From contig CM082576.2 of the NCBI GenBank assembly GCA_040954595.2, positions 13,705,129-13,769,128 of the forward strand: a stretch of DNA of 64,000 nucleotides, written 5' to 3'. The stretch comes from Balanoglossus misakiensis (lineage: Eukaryota; Animalia; Hemichordata). The notes beneath the pieces are model-generated. The model saw nothing but the letters and a program-made list of their open reading frames with translations. It did no database searches and was not told the origin of the DNA. Below, piece after piece: positions 1-12,966 of the stretch. A program made the translations under genes and the position numbers. The number at the start of each line of letters is the position of its first letter. The stretch's first letter is position 1.

Positions 1-185
1 TTACTTTGGCGGCGCCTTCTCTTACATTCTCGAGAACGTCTTCCTGTTCCAGGGCGAGGCTGGACAGTTCTGCCTTGCTTTTTCTGCGAAGCGCCATTGC
101 TACCTCCGCCACGCTTTTCGTCTTTCTCATCTCTGCGATCTCATCGTGGATGCTTTGAGTTGATTCCACAGACCCCTGGGTGTTT
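1..185 (-). CDS. Partial internal coding exon of an unidentified gene running off the left edge (..NTQGSVESTQSIHDEIAEMRKTKSVAEVAMALRRKSKAELSSLALEQEDVLENVREGAAKV..)
   Basis: Open frame on the minus strand with helical, charged composition; preceded by a pyrimidine-rich acceptor (ttcatttcccgctctttttaaccaccag) at 186-213; an alternative AG at 176-177 is also possible. Confidence 0.5.
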
Positions 186-360
186 CTGGTGGTTAAAAAG
201 AGCGGGAAATGAAACCACTACACGGATTGAAGTTCGTGGTGACTACTGATCTAGCGACACTGCACAGTGTTCTTGGCATTGTAGGTAGATAGGAATGTAC
301 AACCTTATTACAATCAGATGTAGAGTTAGGCGCTGTCTTTAGCTTTGGTGGTCGTTTTGG

Positions 361-422
361 CTGTTCTGTTCTCTGTCTGTTCTGTTCTGTTCTGTTCTGT
401 TCTGTTCTGTTCTGTTCTGTTC
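361..422. repeat. (CTGTT)n pentanucleotide microsatellite
   Basis: Direct reading; explains the spurious RTEQN/SVLFC ORFs. Confidence 0.95.
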
Positions 423-1814
423 TCCCCTTCCCAACAACAGCCAAGAACCAGCAAAGTTAAAGACGGTGCCCAACGCCACATCAAATTGAGGAATGTCCAA
501 CTTCTGTTCACTTACCCAGAGGTCTTGAACACCTTTTTAAGCGTTAACTCCAAAACCGGATACATAACAAACCAAAAGGTGGCTATCATTTTTGCTATTT
601 CGTTGAGAGGGAAATATATAAAACACGGGCACAAGAAATCAGAGTTTCTCCGAAACTTGGACGAATGTCACAAGAGATGAACGTGTTGTGAGAGAATGCG
701 TCTGTGACGTAATAAACGAATTCATGATACAGCGCCCTCGTACGCCAACATTATTCGAAATCTCGTACACACCTGGTCGTTATGCCGGCGAACAATGGTA
801 TGTTCCGGCGCTAGCCTCTCCATATGCGTACTCGCAAAAAATATGCGAGAACAGTGATCTCTGCACGTGATCTGTGCCGTACGAAAGTTGACCAAAATCT
901 CGAAAGGCAGGGTCACATTTTAGAAACGTGACTGACCGAACCGAAAATCGTCAACCCATGCCATAATTATTGATGTTCCCTTTAGTAAGTTTTCAGTGTC
1001 GATAGAGGTACGTCACCTGATCATATAAAAATCCTTTATAATTTCATGAATGACTGACTTATCTAAAAAATTTACAAGATTTTTAGGAACTTACGTCATC
1101 GCGTAAGAACAACTTGGACATGTGATTATTTTATCAGTTAAAAACTCTGAAATTTATTTTTTTATTGATAATATAGTATCTCATGTTGTTAATAAGACAT
1201 TTATAATATAATAGTGTAACATTTTGTTAAACAGAAAATCTGATATGCATTGCATGACATCATTTTAAAAACTCTCCTAAAATCTACTACATATAAAATA
1301 CAAATAAAACTTCTGCTGACACGCAACTGTTTGCATGCTCAAAGCAGAAAATTAAACTAAACAATTCCCATCATACAGGAAGGGATTAATGGATACTTAA
1401 AACGATAAAAAACGTATATTTCCTTCGATTAGAATGTACAGTCTTGCGCTTTCAGCTCAGACGTGTCTTACTCTGAAGGAAACAAATTTCATTCGGCTAC
1501 ACCGTCAGTTAGACTACAGTACTGGAGATGATGAATTCCAAACCAGGGCTAACAACAACCATTTTCATAGCTATTTTTTCTAACCTAACTTGACTTTGCC
1601 AACTGTATTATCAGTGGCATGTCCTGTACACTCCGAGTCAAGCAATTGAATAATTATAACGGCATATACGCATCAACAAAGAAAATGCAAATGTACGAAG
1701 ACATTGCTGGATTCCAGCAAGCGTCTCGAAAAATTCAAGGTGAACAACATCTGTGTATTCATCTGTCGAATACAGAAGTGTCCCCAGCTGGCATGTTTTA
1801 ACACATTCAAACAA

Positions 1815-4800
1815 CTATGATGTGGCCATGGCAACGATGAGAATAATCAACAGGATTGTCCCAACAATGGTAGCGGACACCGACAGAAAGAGGGAGTATT
1901 TGGTGTAGCGGTCAGCTTTCTCCTTGAAGCCATGCTTGCTTCGATAGTTCAGCGCCTGGAATAAAGGAGTGAAACATGAATTTGAGACGTGTCTGCGTAT
2001 ACTCAATTCACTTGAGGCAATGCCAGCAAAATCCCACAAGTAGTCCAACCATCAGTGACATCACCATGCGATTGACACCTGTCAATCATGCCAATACTAA
2101 ATGCCACGAGATCTTAAGAACGTCCCGCTTTAGGTAAATCACAAAGTATCATTACCAATGACATTGACCAGAATATGCCCGTGTGGTTTGATAAAAGTGT
2201 TATTTGCAATGCATTTTCATGAAACTCATCAAGAGTTCAGAGCAACTGGGCTTCACACCCATGTTCCCACCTTTGTTGTCAGACTATGCTGACCGAATGC
2301 GAAGTGGACAATCTTTACATTTATCAGTTATTAAACTGGATGGCATTAATGCAGAACCTCTTTGTATAAACATGTCAGAACAGTGCATCTTATTTTAGGC
2401 AATTATGGCCAATGCAAAATGTTCAAAGGAAATCATCTATTTCACAGAATCTTGTATAGAAGGGACGCTGTTTCCAATGGCTGCTTAAAACAGAAGATGG
2501 TATTTGGGGCCTGCTTGATGACGCGCCTACTCGTGACGTCATCGTCGCTATGGATAATTACGACACAGTGACAGAATCCTAAACAAATACAATGTATAAT
2601 CTATTCTGGCCTGACTCGTCAGCTGTACCTAATATGGCCACACTCACACACTCACATCATGCACCAGAGACATAGAAAATCTTTCATGCACAGTACACGA
2701 AGTCCAATGTGTGGTAATACAAACCACGCGAGGCGTGAACAAACTTACCATAGCCGAAAACACAATAGCCACGATCCCTATTGGCCAGCTGAAGATGAGG
2801 CATGCGCAGATTGAATACACAAAAGCCCCGATGTCTTTCTTCGTGATTCTGTCACTTGTTAGCAGCTCCGATTCTCTGTGCACCACAGTTATTTCTTGGT
2901 GATGGGGCTGCTGGGATGTTCAAGATTGAATAAAAAAGGTTTCACTCCATTTTATTCCATTATTCCACAATCATTAGGTTGTATTCGTTGGGCATCATCA
3001 TTACTGATGGATATTTTCACGATAACAAAAGACGGATATCGTTCAACTCTCAGACTATTCCATACAATGCATGTTCGTTGACAAACGAAGTATAAGTATA
3101 CGGTTGATTGGAACGGCATCGTGTATTGGTTAGCTGTGGTACGCAGCAGTACCGTTGGGGGGTGGGGGCTGATTGTGGGGTAATCAGCCCCCCACCCCCA
3201 ACGGTACAGCCACTGCTATGTATTGGTACACTTTACACCATGCATGTACCATTAGATGGTACCCATACATGCATATACATGATTGTATTACGTACCACTG
3301 TGCTAGGAACATTCAAACTGTATTGGTAATACCCGTCACCGCCGGGTATATTGTACTGCTCGTTTGTGTTCGGGTTGGAATAGGGGGACTGGAGCGAGTA
3401 CGGGGCTGGTTGACCAAGAGGCGGTTTCTCAGTCACGGTCTGGTCTTCTCCAGTCGTGCCTCCATAGTTGGAAACATGTTCGTATGATGGGGGTGGATTA
3501 TTCGATGATGGCAGGGTTGTTTCATCTTCCACTAAGTGATCTGTAAGTTAAGCAATTAAGTATTTAAGAATGTTTTCTTTAACAGGCACTTTGTGGATGG
3601 TCTATTTCAACAATATGTGATTATTTCCACGGTTAATTTACGGCCTATGGTATGGGAAGGCTCCGTCACTTCAACTTCGTCCAGAAACACCACGTTAATG
3701 ACGTCACTGGTGTTAAAGCATTACGTTTACGACACGACCACGTTTCCGTTGTTTACATGATTAAGGTGAGGCCCCGTTATCATTTTTGTACTTTGCGCCG
3801 TCAATTCAACCGAAATTAAGTGGCCAGTCGGTCGGTCGGAGAGGAGGAAACCTTTGACTACCCGTAGCGCAAAGTGTTTACTCGGTGCACACAGGTGCCG
3901 TTGAAGTCGGGCGCGTTGTGTTATAGCAGACTCTTCTTTGCTATACCACCAAGCCTGGCCCCAACGCACTTGACTTGACTCCATCGGTGCCTTTGCTTGT
4001 GCACCGTGGATGTTTCAGATGCCCCAAAGCCAAAGTCCACAACAGCAAGATCATCCGGCATGTATGTTTGACTATACAACAGTAACGTTTGATAGGATTG
4101 AACCCTTCGACCACCAAAACCTTCCTGCAGAACATTAAATATTAAACTTTTTTTCTGTATCACGATCGGAACCCTCTCCCCACTAATATACTGCTGCCAA
4201 TGAATAGGCCAACATCGACAAGACGGATGCGAAAATAGGGCCTGCTGGAGCTTACAGCGAAACATTTACAGACTCAAAGTTTGACTGGGAGCGTGTTGTG
4301 TTGAGGTCACGGCAGAATATATGAAGCTTGGATCACAACGAAGCTACCCCGCCCTAACCACTTGTACGAGACATACAAATACTGATTTCTCTATTCATCA
4401 AAAGGACGTGTTATTTTCGGGTTATTCCTCCCAGGACACTGCAGCCAAAAATACCCACGTTGAATTTCTCAATAATATACAGAATAGACGCCATTGATAT
4501 GTACGTGCGCCACCTCAATAATGATGACGTCATGTATAGTAAATAAAGACCATTACTGTCATGATCATCTGCCTGTTTCAAATCACGCCATAAGCAGCAA
4601 AAGTTTTTAGACGATTATGAATGTTATCATTACTAAATCCATCCGACTCAAGTCTACATTTTCTAGTTTCTGTCTGAGCTTCCAAAAATATGCCATACTG
4701 TCTCATTTTGATGACTTCAACTTGATGATGGGATGTGCGATAAAATGTTTGGTGGCCGTACCTCTACAGTTTGAAACGTTAATGTGGCGGAGGTAATACT

Positions 4801-5072
4801 AGTAATAAATCGAACGAAAATTCTGCTTGTAGATTTTCGATTCGAAGTACACGCTGCATTCTCGATAAAGTTGGCAGAGTTGAACTTCCAAGGAAGGGGA
4901 AACGGCAGCTTAACCGACCAATAGTATCTTGTCGAATATTAAATGTCATAATCGCTTTAGCGGGAAAATAAAATCGTCGATTCCTCTCTACATTGTCGAC
5001 ATACGAAAATAGAAGTGTTTTAAAACAAACGAGATTACAAAACAACTCACCGTAACCCACTTTGTGAGACAT
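1815..5072 (-). CDS. CD225/dispanin-family (PRRT1/IFITM-like) membrane protein, about 189 aa, 4 exons: 5051-5072, 3296-3540, 2749-2910, 1815-1955
   Basis: All introns GT-AG with compatible phases (1,0,0). Pro/Tyr/Gln-rich N-terminus with PPPSY; CD225-like core SICACLIFSWPIGIVAIVFS..A.RY.K.SLFLSV.ATIVG plus C-terminal TM helix. Confidence 0.85.
3149..3207. repeat. 26-bp-arm G/C-run inverted repeat (hairpin) in dispanin intron 2
   Basis: gtaccgttggggggtgggggctgatt (3149-3174) and aatcagccccccacccccaacggtac (3182-3207) are near-perfect reverse complements. Confidence 0.85.
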
Positions 5073-5128
5073 GTCGATATGTACAGCTTGCGCTCTGTAT
5101 CATGAAATGCGTTCAGGTCAAAACCGAC

Positions 5129-5136
5129 TTTTTATA
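5129..5136 (-). promoter_or_regulatory. Putative TATA box of the dispanin gene
   Basis: TATAAAAA on the minus strand about 60 bp upstream of the ATG at 5072. Confidence 0.5.
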
Positions 5137-5997
5137 TGAGGTTCACAAAGACACAAATGCATGAAGCGATATGAACGTTGATAATTAACTCCAAAGCACA
5201 CGTTAATTGGAGACACACACCAACAACATCTCATTGCACCGGGTTTCGTCAGTTCACGAAAACCAAGTCATCCACGCAACAATGCATGGGAATTCTGAAC
5301 CTTTCAATTTTAATTAACAAAGAGCTATCAATTGATTTGTAATTCCTCTGTAACTGTCGAAGATTTGGAAGAGAGATATAGGTTTGATGAGGAACCATGA
5401 AACTGGTGACCTATATACTGGACACACACAAAGTCCGTGCGTCATCAAAAAGTCTACGTGCGAACATGCTTCGACATGTACAATCATTTGCCGTAGCATC
5501 TAGGTCATTTAAAGTTTTTTTTATTGTTAAAATCGGTCAAAATTGTGATGCATTGGGTTCAAGTATAGACATTGGAAAGAGACGATTCTGCACATACTAT
5601 TGGCAACAACTATCGCACAAAGATTGTTATTTTCACGATTCGAGAATATTTTAATATCGATACATACATCTGATTCAATGTATAGTTCTTTAGCTTTGCT
5701 AAGTTACGTATACAGTGATGAGTTGATTGATAGATTATAGGCAATATTCCATGTATTACAAAGGATCATATGCCTTTCACTTCCCTTCCCTTCAGATTTC
5801 CAGTTTAATAATTCAAATATAAATATAACTGTGTTTGGCTTCAATTGAAATGGCAACTTATGATGGATCACCGTGGAAGAATTATAAAGATGCGACGTGA
5901 GCGCTAACATTAGAGATGATCTATATGTAAGGTATGATTGATACCAGTGTTAGTGGCTATACAATTACCTGCATGGTCAAAGCCATGTGATCAAAGA

Positions 5998-6076
5998 TGA
6001 CGTCACAGAGCTGTTCAGGCATCAATCAAATCACGATGTGACTGACGTCATGTCTTGTTTCAGTTAGCTTACGTCA
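5998..6076. promoter_or_regulatory. Cluster of CRE (CREB/ATF) sites
   Basis: TGACGTCA at 5998-6005 and 6043-6050 plus TTACGTCA at 6069-6076, about 1 kb upstream of the dispanin ATG. Confidence 0.45.
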
Positions 6077-6224
6077 TCCAAGATCGAAACCGTTCACAAA
6101 TATTATTTGAGCTTCTGACCTTGGAAAAAAAGTAATGTCAAACGTTCATTGTCAAGGTGCGTAAATACCTATTGGCGGGTCTGTATATGTCTACTTTTGT
6201 TAGGTCTTTGCTGTTGTCATCTAC

Positions 6225-6322
<98 letters not shown>
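6225..6322. repeat. (GTT)n microsatellite, about 32 units
   Basis: Direct reading; explains the poly-T/V/L/N ORFs. Confidence 0.97.
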
Positions 6323-6323
<1 letters not shown>

Positions 6324-7014
6324 CTTTGCCCTGTGGCAGCAGAACGAAAATAGCAAAAGCCCTGCGAAGGTAAAGACGGTGCTCATCTCTACATCTGATT
6401 TTAATCACATCGGCTTTTACCCGTCGTTGATTCAGAAATGCCAACGGTGCGTTGTTCGCGTGGCATCATGTTTGATGAGAGCAGACATGCGTGATGTCTG
6501 CCCTTAGTGATCGTTACTGACCCTGAACGGCATGCGGGTTAATCTCCAGTTGCATTTGACCGCGAGATGGGAATTCGAGATGGTTTTTCTACTTGCCCGC
6601 GAGGTAGGATGTCTACGCTCCACTTTACTGAATTGGAAGTGCCATAAACATCCATGCGAGATTTACGGAGATCTGGCATCGTATTTAAAGGAGAACGCGT
6701 TTTGTATCTATTGTGCCAAAACAGGGACTCTCTTGGATTAGGATCATAGCGACCTCTAAAGTGAAAAACTAAATCATTTGCTGGGAAACCAGGAAAAAAA
6801 CATTAAAGGAACAAGAAAATGAAGTTGGCGGTATAATCTCGTCAAGGTTTTAAGAACTTTGTTTTCCACCGCCTACCATCACAATATTGATCACTAACTA
6901 CAATATTGGACACAGAAAATACTGATCTTATCTTGTACATACAATCGCTCGCAACTCACTCTTCTCATCTTTGACATATAATGTCTTGGCAATACAATAC
7001 AGGTGCACAACAGT

Positions 7015-7866
7015 GCACGTTTATTGCTTTCCAAGGCCTCCAGCCCATAAGCAAGGGGGTATAAAGGTAATCAGAAGATTGTACAGAAAATGAATTAAAT
7101 AATACATGTACTCAAATAGTACAAGTGACAACATCAAACAGCAAATGTGTGGAATTACATACTCATGATACAAAGTGAGGAACTTAACAGCTTATTGTAT
7201 GGATTCATGGTTTTTTAACACAGTTTCTCTAAGTTTAAAAGCATTGTAAACATAATTACATAGCGAAAGAATCTTGGAGGATTCTGATGCACTCATGAAG
7301 TTTACAAACATTTGGAAGTGAGGATTCTTAATGTCACCAATATATTGTTTTCTAAGATTATCATATACGGGGCAAACAAGTAAAAAGTGATACTCGTCTT
7401 CTATTTGTTCACCAGAGCATAGCCTACAGTGTCTCTCTGAAACGTCCACGTTCTGATCTCTTCCCTCCTCTATTGCAAGAGGAAGGGCAGAACAGCGAAA
7501 ACATGCAAAAATTTGTTTGACATTTCTTGTACAGTTGACATTGAGATATTTTTCAGGCTGTAACAATGATTTAAAAAGTGTGTATGTACGGAGTTTGGTT
7601 TTGGACGAACAATGTGACTTCCATTGTTGCTTCAAAATATCTGAAATTCTTGTCTCAAATGCTGAAAGGAACAAACGCTTATTGCCTATTTCCTGGGAAA
7701 TCCAGGCGTGCCCGAACCCATATGAAAATAAAATATGTTTCACCGACGTTGCCCAGGTGTGACGGCCTAAACGGTCAAGATTACATAACATTAAATATGC
7801 TTGCCTAGGGAGTCTTTCCTGTGGCATCTCTATAAGTTTCACCCAGTAACGAATTCAACGTTTCAT
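7015..7866 (-). mobile_element. 5'-truncated non-LTR retrotransposon (RTE-X-like): ORF2 C-terminus and 3' UTR
   Basis: ORF 7192-7842 carries RCSALPLAIEEGR..ERHCRLC..EDEYHFLLVC.VY..LR, a zinc-finger tail typical of RTE-X-type LINEs; the 3' end has an atgggctggaggcct stem and AATAAA near 7020; homology seems to stop near 7866 (..IRYWVKL). Confidence 0.8.
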
Positions 7867-10800
7867 TGTGTGAAAATACAATTGTATTGTATTGCCATTG
7901 ACATATAATGTCACCACTGACAGAAAGCAGCCTAGCTGTCTTTTCTGCTGTTCGTTTATTAAGCCTCTGGGTGCAGACTGGGGCATCTGCGTTGCAAAAA
8001 ATTACTTGCCTATCGGTTGTTAGACCAGTACTATGAGACTTCATATTGACAAAGAGTAAGCCTTTGTCAAATACCAGGGTGTAATGTACCAGAAATTATG
8101 TCTTAGAAGTAGTCAGATATCATATACCCGTATACAAGTGGTGTGAGATGCGTTGTAATCGATGAAATACCTTATTTCACACCTATCAAGTAGTGAAAAA
8201 ACGCACTATCAAATTAATGTCAAATGTTGAAGATCTTGCCCCTGTTATGCTAGTAATAAATAGTCACGTAATTGTAATCGAATCAGGGTGAAAGATTTGC
8301 ATCTATTAAATGTGGTGTTAATTCTGACTTCCCCGTGTTGGTTCACATGAATCACGACGCAGTAGTAATCAATCTGTGACTGGTAGACGAAATTTGCCTA
8401 TAGAGTCCTTCAAGAATTTGTCTGGCAAGTCAACCACGTGACCGCAAGTCACCTGCGACCTGCGAAACATTCAATTATCAAATATTGCGAGACACCTGCT
8501 TGTAATCCCATTTAATTTCACGGTAGATTTAAGTTAAAAGTAATTGAAGTGTTCCACGACCATTCCCCATTTTCACCCGCTGATGTTGTTTCCCAAATCT
8601 GATCTTAAATTCTTTTATACTAAACACACACACAGTCAACCAATTTTACCCAATTAATAGTCGTTAGTGTCTTTCTGTGCACAGTGCACGCAAAAGATTA
8701 TAGCGCGCTAATTTACTTCAGTAAAGTTTTGTTCCTGCCACGACAATACATCCAGATGCAAACCGTTTTCTCGACAAACGACAGCAATAGCGTAATTCAC
8801 TCGATGAATATGATCGACACATTGGATAATTATCCATTTCGATGCAGTATCATTTGCCAGTAGTGTGATGGTGAGATCATTATCGTGACCTTTACGGCCA
8901 GCAGCAAGATTTCTTTTGTTTACTATGACCAACTGAACAGGTGTTAATGAATTATTTATTTGGATGGACATATATAAATACACATGCTGCCACGTGGTCG
9001 GGTGGCCATTATTTCACTAGATGCTGTACCGTCGACTTCAGAGCTGAGGACCACATTCTGTCGTTCGGGTCTGCACACAGGCCGTTTGTTGACTTTGAGA
9101 CAGAACTTTGTGAGTACACTACTTGGACTGAAACATGCTATGGCTGTACGTCAAAAAAAATTTGTGACTTTTGACTTTGCCGCACAGTTTTGTGGTCGTG
9201 CGTTTCAACTGGAGTCAATGGAAAATATAGCCGAATACGGAGTGCTGTGTGTTGCTCAGTTTGAGTTTACATACATTGCTTTGTGACTAGTGCAGCCCTT
9301 TTTTGCTTGCAGTTTAATCCTGTAGTTTGGCTACAAGCCATTAAACAATTGTTGTAAAAGGAAAACCACTGACTTCGCCCTTTCTGTCATAACAGTGGGC
9401 AGTGATACATTTTTCATCCGCACGATTTCTTGTCTGTCCCTGCGAAGAAAGGAGGCCACTGTCATTCTCAGGCTGGTCCAGAATCCTCCATTTAAACGCA
9501 GGAATGATGGGTTGTTGTATTGAGTGCGTGGAAATGTATAAGTCTGCTGCAAAACGATCGGGGAAAATAAAAAAATCTCCAAAGGAGAATTCCGTGCGTT
9601 TGGGAATCCAATAGTCGTAACCATTAGACCTTATTCGCCTTTGATGAGATACGGAGAGTGAGGGATTGAATTTAAAATTCTCGCCCTGACTAATATACGT
9701 ATACACGAACACTCACAACGTTAAGTGCAAATAGAATCTATACAATGGAAGAGTTGACAATTCGGAATTTTCTCCACCGACTGTCTTCTGAAAAGTGCAA
9801 GTTATCGGGCAGTGTTAAAACTCGTGATATGTGAGATGAATAATTAGATGGGGGTCACATTATCGAGACAGTTTTTAATAAGTAAGCATAAAGTAGGGGA
9901 ATACTCAAATTAAAATATTGTCATTTTCCTCATTCTTGCGTATATTGTATATCAATTGATTTTAATCACAAAAATATACAGAGAAGACAGTGTTCGCATC
10001 CTACTTATTCAGTTAGGTGGTCTAATATATTGTCGAAAATGCTGAGTCATCACTTTCCAATCCTCATCGGTTTACCTGTTATGGAAGTTTAAAGAAATGA
10101 CAATATTCCCCTGGTAGTCTCCTACCTTAATTACATATTAATGGGAGGGGAATTTGTAACATGTGCAGCATTTATCGGGGAAAATATTTCACGGTCACGA
10201 CTTCCCTGTCGGCACGATGGCGACATACTTATTGGCTGTCTGAGGATTACGCAAGCCCATATTTGAGCACATTCTTCAGTGACGTTTACTTTTTAGTGGT
10301 GGGCGTGGCGCTGTATTCACTCCTCGTGTCAATAGGTCTGTACTAAATGGATAGTTTCTGAGCAAACCGGGTATGGCTGCCCGGTGGCAGTTTATATAGA
10401 TGACGTGGCTCAGAGAACAGTCATTCCACAAAGCCCGAATGCTCAAAAGATCGTTTCAGGAAAGGTCAACGAATACCCGATGATCTTTCCGTGATTAAAG
10501 GCTGACTCTGAGCAATATTACTCCAAACCTTGGATTATGACTAGCGACTGTGCTGTCGACGTAACTGAAAGTGATATGTCATCATTTTCCGACTCGTAAA
10601 CTACAGTATTGGTTCTAAACTGTAATAACATCGCCTAGGTTCGAATAATAAAAGCAGACGTTACGACTGACCGACATGTGCCATGATAATATTATAGGTA
10701 CAAATGTATATGCCATGGACCACATTTTATATAAGCAAAATTCGAACGGTTCGTCCGTTAACAAAATCAGGCAAAGTAAAACAAAATTGTGCTGGTTAGG

Positions 10801-12261
10801 TTGTAGACATGCATATTTTAATTGAATGACGTGTTTATTTCTTTTCTGCTTGATGCTACGTATGCGTCATCACGCGAATGCTGTTGCTCACAGCAACAGA
10901 TCGGTAATACAGTCAAATTGTTTCGAGTCGTCAATATGTCGGATTTCCTCGTAATTGACAAAAAAGCAATCATTATGGTTTAAAGTTGTGATGAACATAA
11001 CTCGGAAGAATATACTTCACCAAGGATGTCGAAATTTGATTTACGGCGGTTATTTCTGCCATCCCTGAACATGGCGTCAGCTGAAATTTCGTATTGCATC
11101 AAGCACAACTTTGCCATTGTTCAAGAACGTTGATTATGTACTTAAAATTTCTAGTAAACTTTTACGAAGGTAGTAAAACTGGTATGTACGTCAGTCACAC
11201 CATCGCCGCGGCACGCTTCGACTGAGTCTCCGGTGATTATGCGTGGCGACGCGTTCTGATGCCCACGGGTGTCAATCAGGAACCCGGAACATTGGCTTTG
11301 TTATCCTATTTCTTAATTCAACTTTCGCGCGAATGCTCTGCGAAAATTTCACAGAAGTAAAATCTTAAGGCCGGAGGAACTATCATCACGCACAACGGAA
11401 GATTGAATTTTCGTTCTCGATTTCTATTTTCGACACGAAAATTGGCCATAACCACATCACAGAAAAGCAATTTTGAGGCAAGCTGAAATTGACAGGGATT
11501 TGGAACGTTAGTACATGTACATCATGCGCTGAAGATTGTCCAAGACGCTGCACTCCCCTTGGTACCGCGTCTGGAAGCATCTTTCGCAAATCGCGCAGAA
11601 TCCCACAATGGCAGCGTAGTTATTCCGAAAACCCTTCACGGCGCAGCGTCAGACCAATACTTTGAATGTTTCGCAGATTGCCGACTGTGAAATGAGGTTG
11701 AAAATGCTGACGTGAACGCAAGGATTTAACATTCCCCGGACATCCTTTCCTCGGCATCGTATATCCAAGTGAACGTTTGGTGATGTATGGAAGGTCGAGC
11801 TACTTGGCCCGGAGGAACTTCTTGATTTCAACGAAAGACTCTCCCGATAGTCTATTTTGTGCTTTAACTCTCTGCATTTATCGCCGCTGCAGCTGTCCCA
11901 GGGAGCAATTTACTGTTGACCCGACTCATTTCGTCTTGTCTCACCGCTCATTTTGTGTGATACCACGAGATTACGTTCGTTCTCAGCAAATTGGCATTTT
12001 TTTCTTCCCATAATTACTACAAATGACACGACAGATTGGACTGAATGGTTCTACGTCACGCCGACTAATGCGCGTCCGTGTTCGGGGATTTGAATGGCAG
12101 ACACCAAGCGATTTATCATTCAATGCATCGATAGAGATATTCGGGGTATTACAGACGTCAGAGACACCTGCTTGTGTTACTGCGCATGGGCAAACTGAGA
12201 GAACTGCTCTGATGCGGCGGTTCTATGCGTTCACTTTATACTGGAACTGCGATTTCTCGCC

Positions 12262-12966
12262 ATGTTGAGAAGAAATCGAACTGTATCTTGTCCATCGGAA
12301 CTCGAGTGCAACAGCGCGCGGCTTGCAACAACAGTGTGCAGCAACCATGTTCAGAGTGACAGTGCCATCGGACCGAGGCACATATCTTTCCCCGTCGACG
12401 TCGAGTTCCACTCCGCCGTTCAGAGCAAAGACACGGCGGAACTGAGCAGGCTTCTATCGAAGTACGGCGATCAGATCACCGTGAACGCGCCCAATCACAC
12501 GGGGATAACAGCCCTGCACCAAGGCGTGCTCAGCAAAAACCTGGACAGCGTCAAACTGCTGCTGGCGCACGGAGCGGACGTCAACGTGCAGGATCTGCAC
12601 GGGCACACTCCGCTGCACGCGGCGTCGGAGAACGGCTACCTCAACATAGCCAGCATGCTCATAATATTCGGCGCCGACTTGTTCCTCGCCGCGAAGGACG
12701 GGGACCTGGCGGTGGACATGGCCAAGAATTCCGTCATAGCAGATATGTTGACGATGGAAATGTGCGCGCAGATACAGGCGCAGATTATGAAGGAAAGATA
12801 CTGGCTGCTGTTCAAGCTAATCGATGCGTGGGAAATTGTGAAAAGCCGGCTCATCGAATGCCATGACAAAATTTTCAAGCTTGTGGTCAGGGGAATAAAT
12901 TACATATTGTTGTCGTTGAATATACAGCAGCCCTTGTCGATACGAGATCCACTCACCGACACCTGA
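12262..12966 (+). CDS. Intronless ankyrin-repeat protein, PP1 regulatory subunit-like (PPP1R27/PPP1R12/PPP1R16 family), 234 aa
   Basis: gccATG context; RVxF-type motif RHISF followed by ankyrin repeats (GITALHQGV..NLDSVKLLLAHGADVNVQD..GHTPLHAA..GYLNIASMLI.FGAD..GDLAVDMA), the same layout as PPP1R27. Confidence 0.85.
   Translation: MLRRNRTVSCPSELECNSARLATTVCSNHVQSDSAIGPRHISFPVDVEFHSAVQSKDTAELSRLLSKYGDQITVNAPNHTGITALHQGVLSKNLDSVKLLLAHGADVNVQDLHGHTPLHAASENGYLNIASMLIIFGADLFLAAKDGDLAVDMAKNSVIADMLTMEMCAQIQAQIMKERYWLLFKLIDAWEIVKSRLIECHDKIFKLVVRGINYILLSLNIQQPLSIRDPLTDT

Noticed and set aside
193-680. ORFs with RTEQN / SVLFC repeats
   Set aside because: Artefacts of the (CTGTT)n microsatellite.
3727-4265. 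ORFs inside dispanin intron 1
   Set aside because: No recognisable motif; not needed for the gene model.
6138-6507. Poly-Thr/Val/Leu/Asn ORFs
   Set aside because: Translations of (GTT)n; no other coding signal.
8941-9712. Overlapping 70-120 aa ORFs
   Set aside because: No recognisable domain and no consistent splice pattern; may be non-coding or a decayed repeat.
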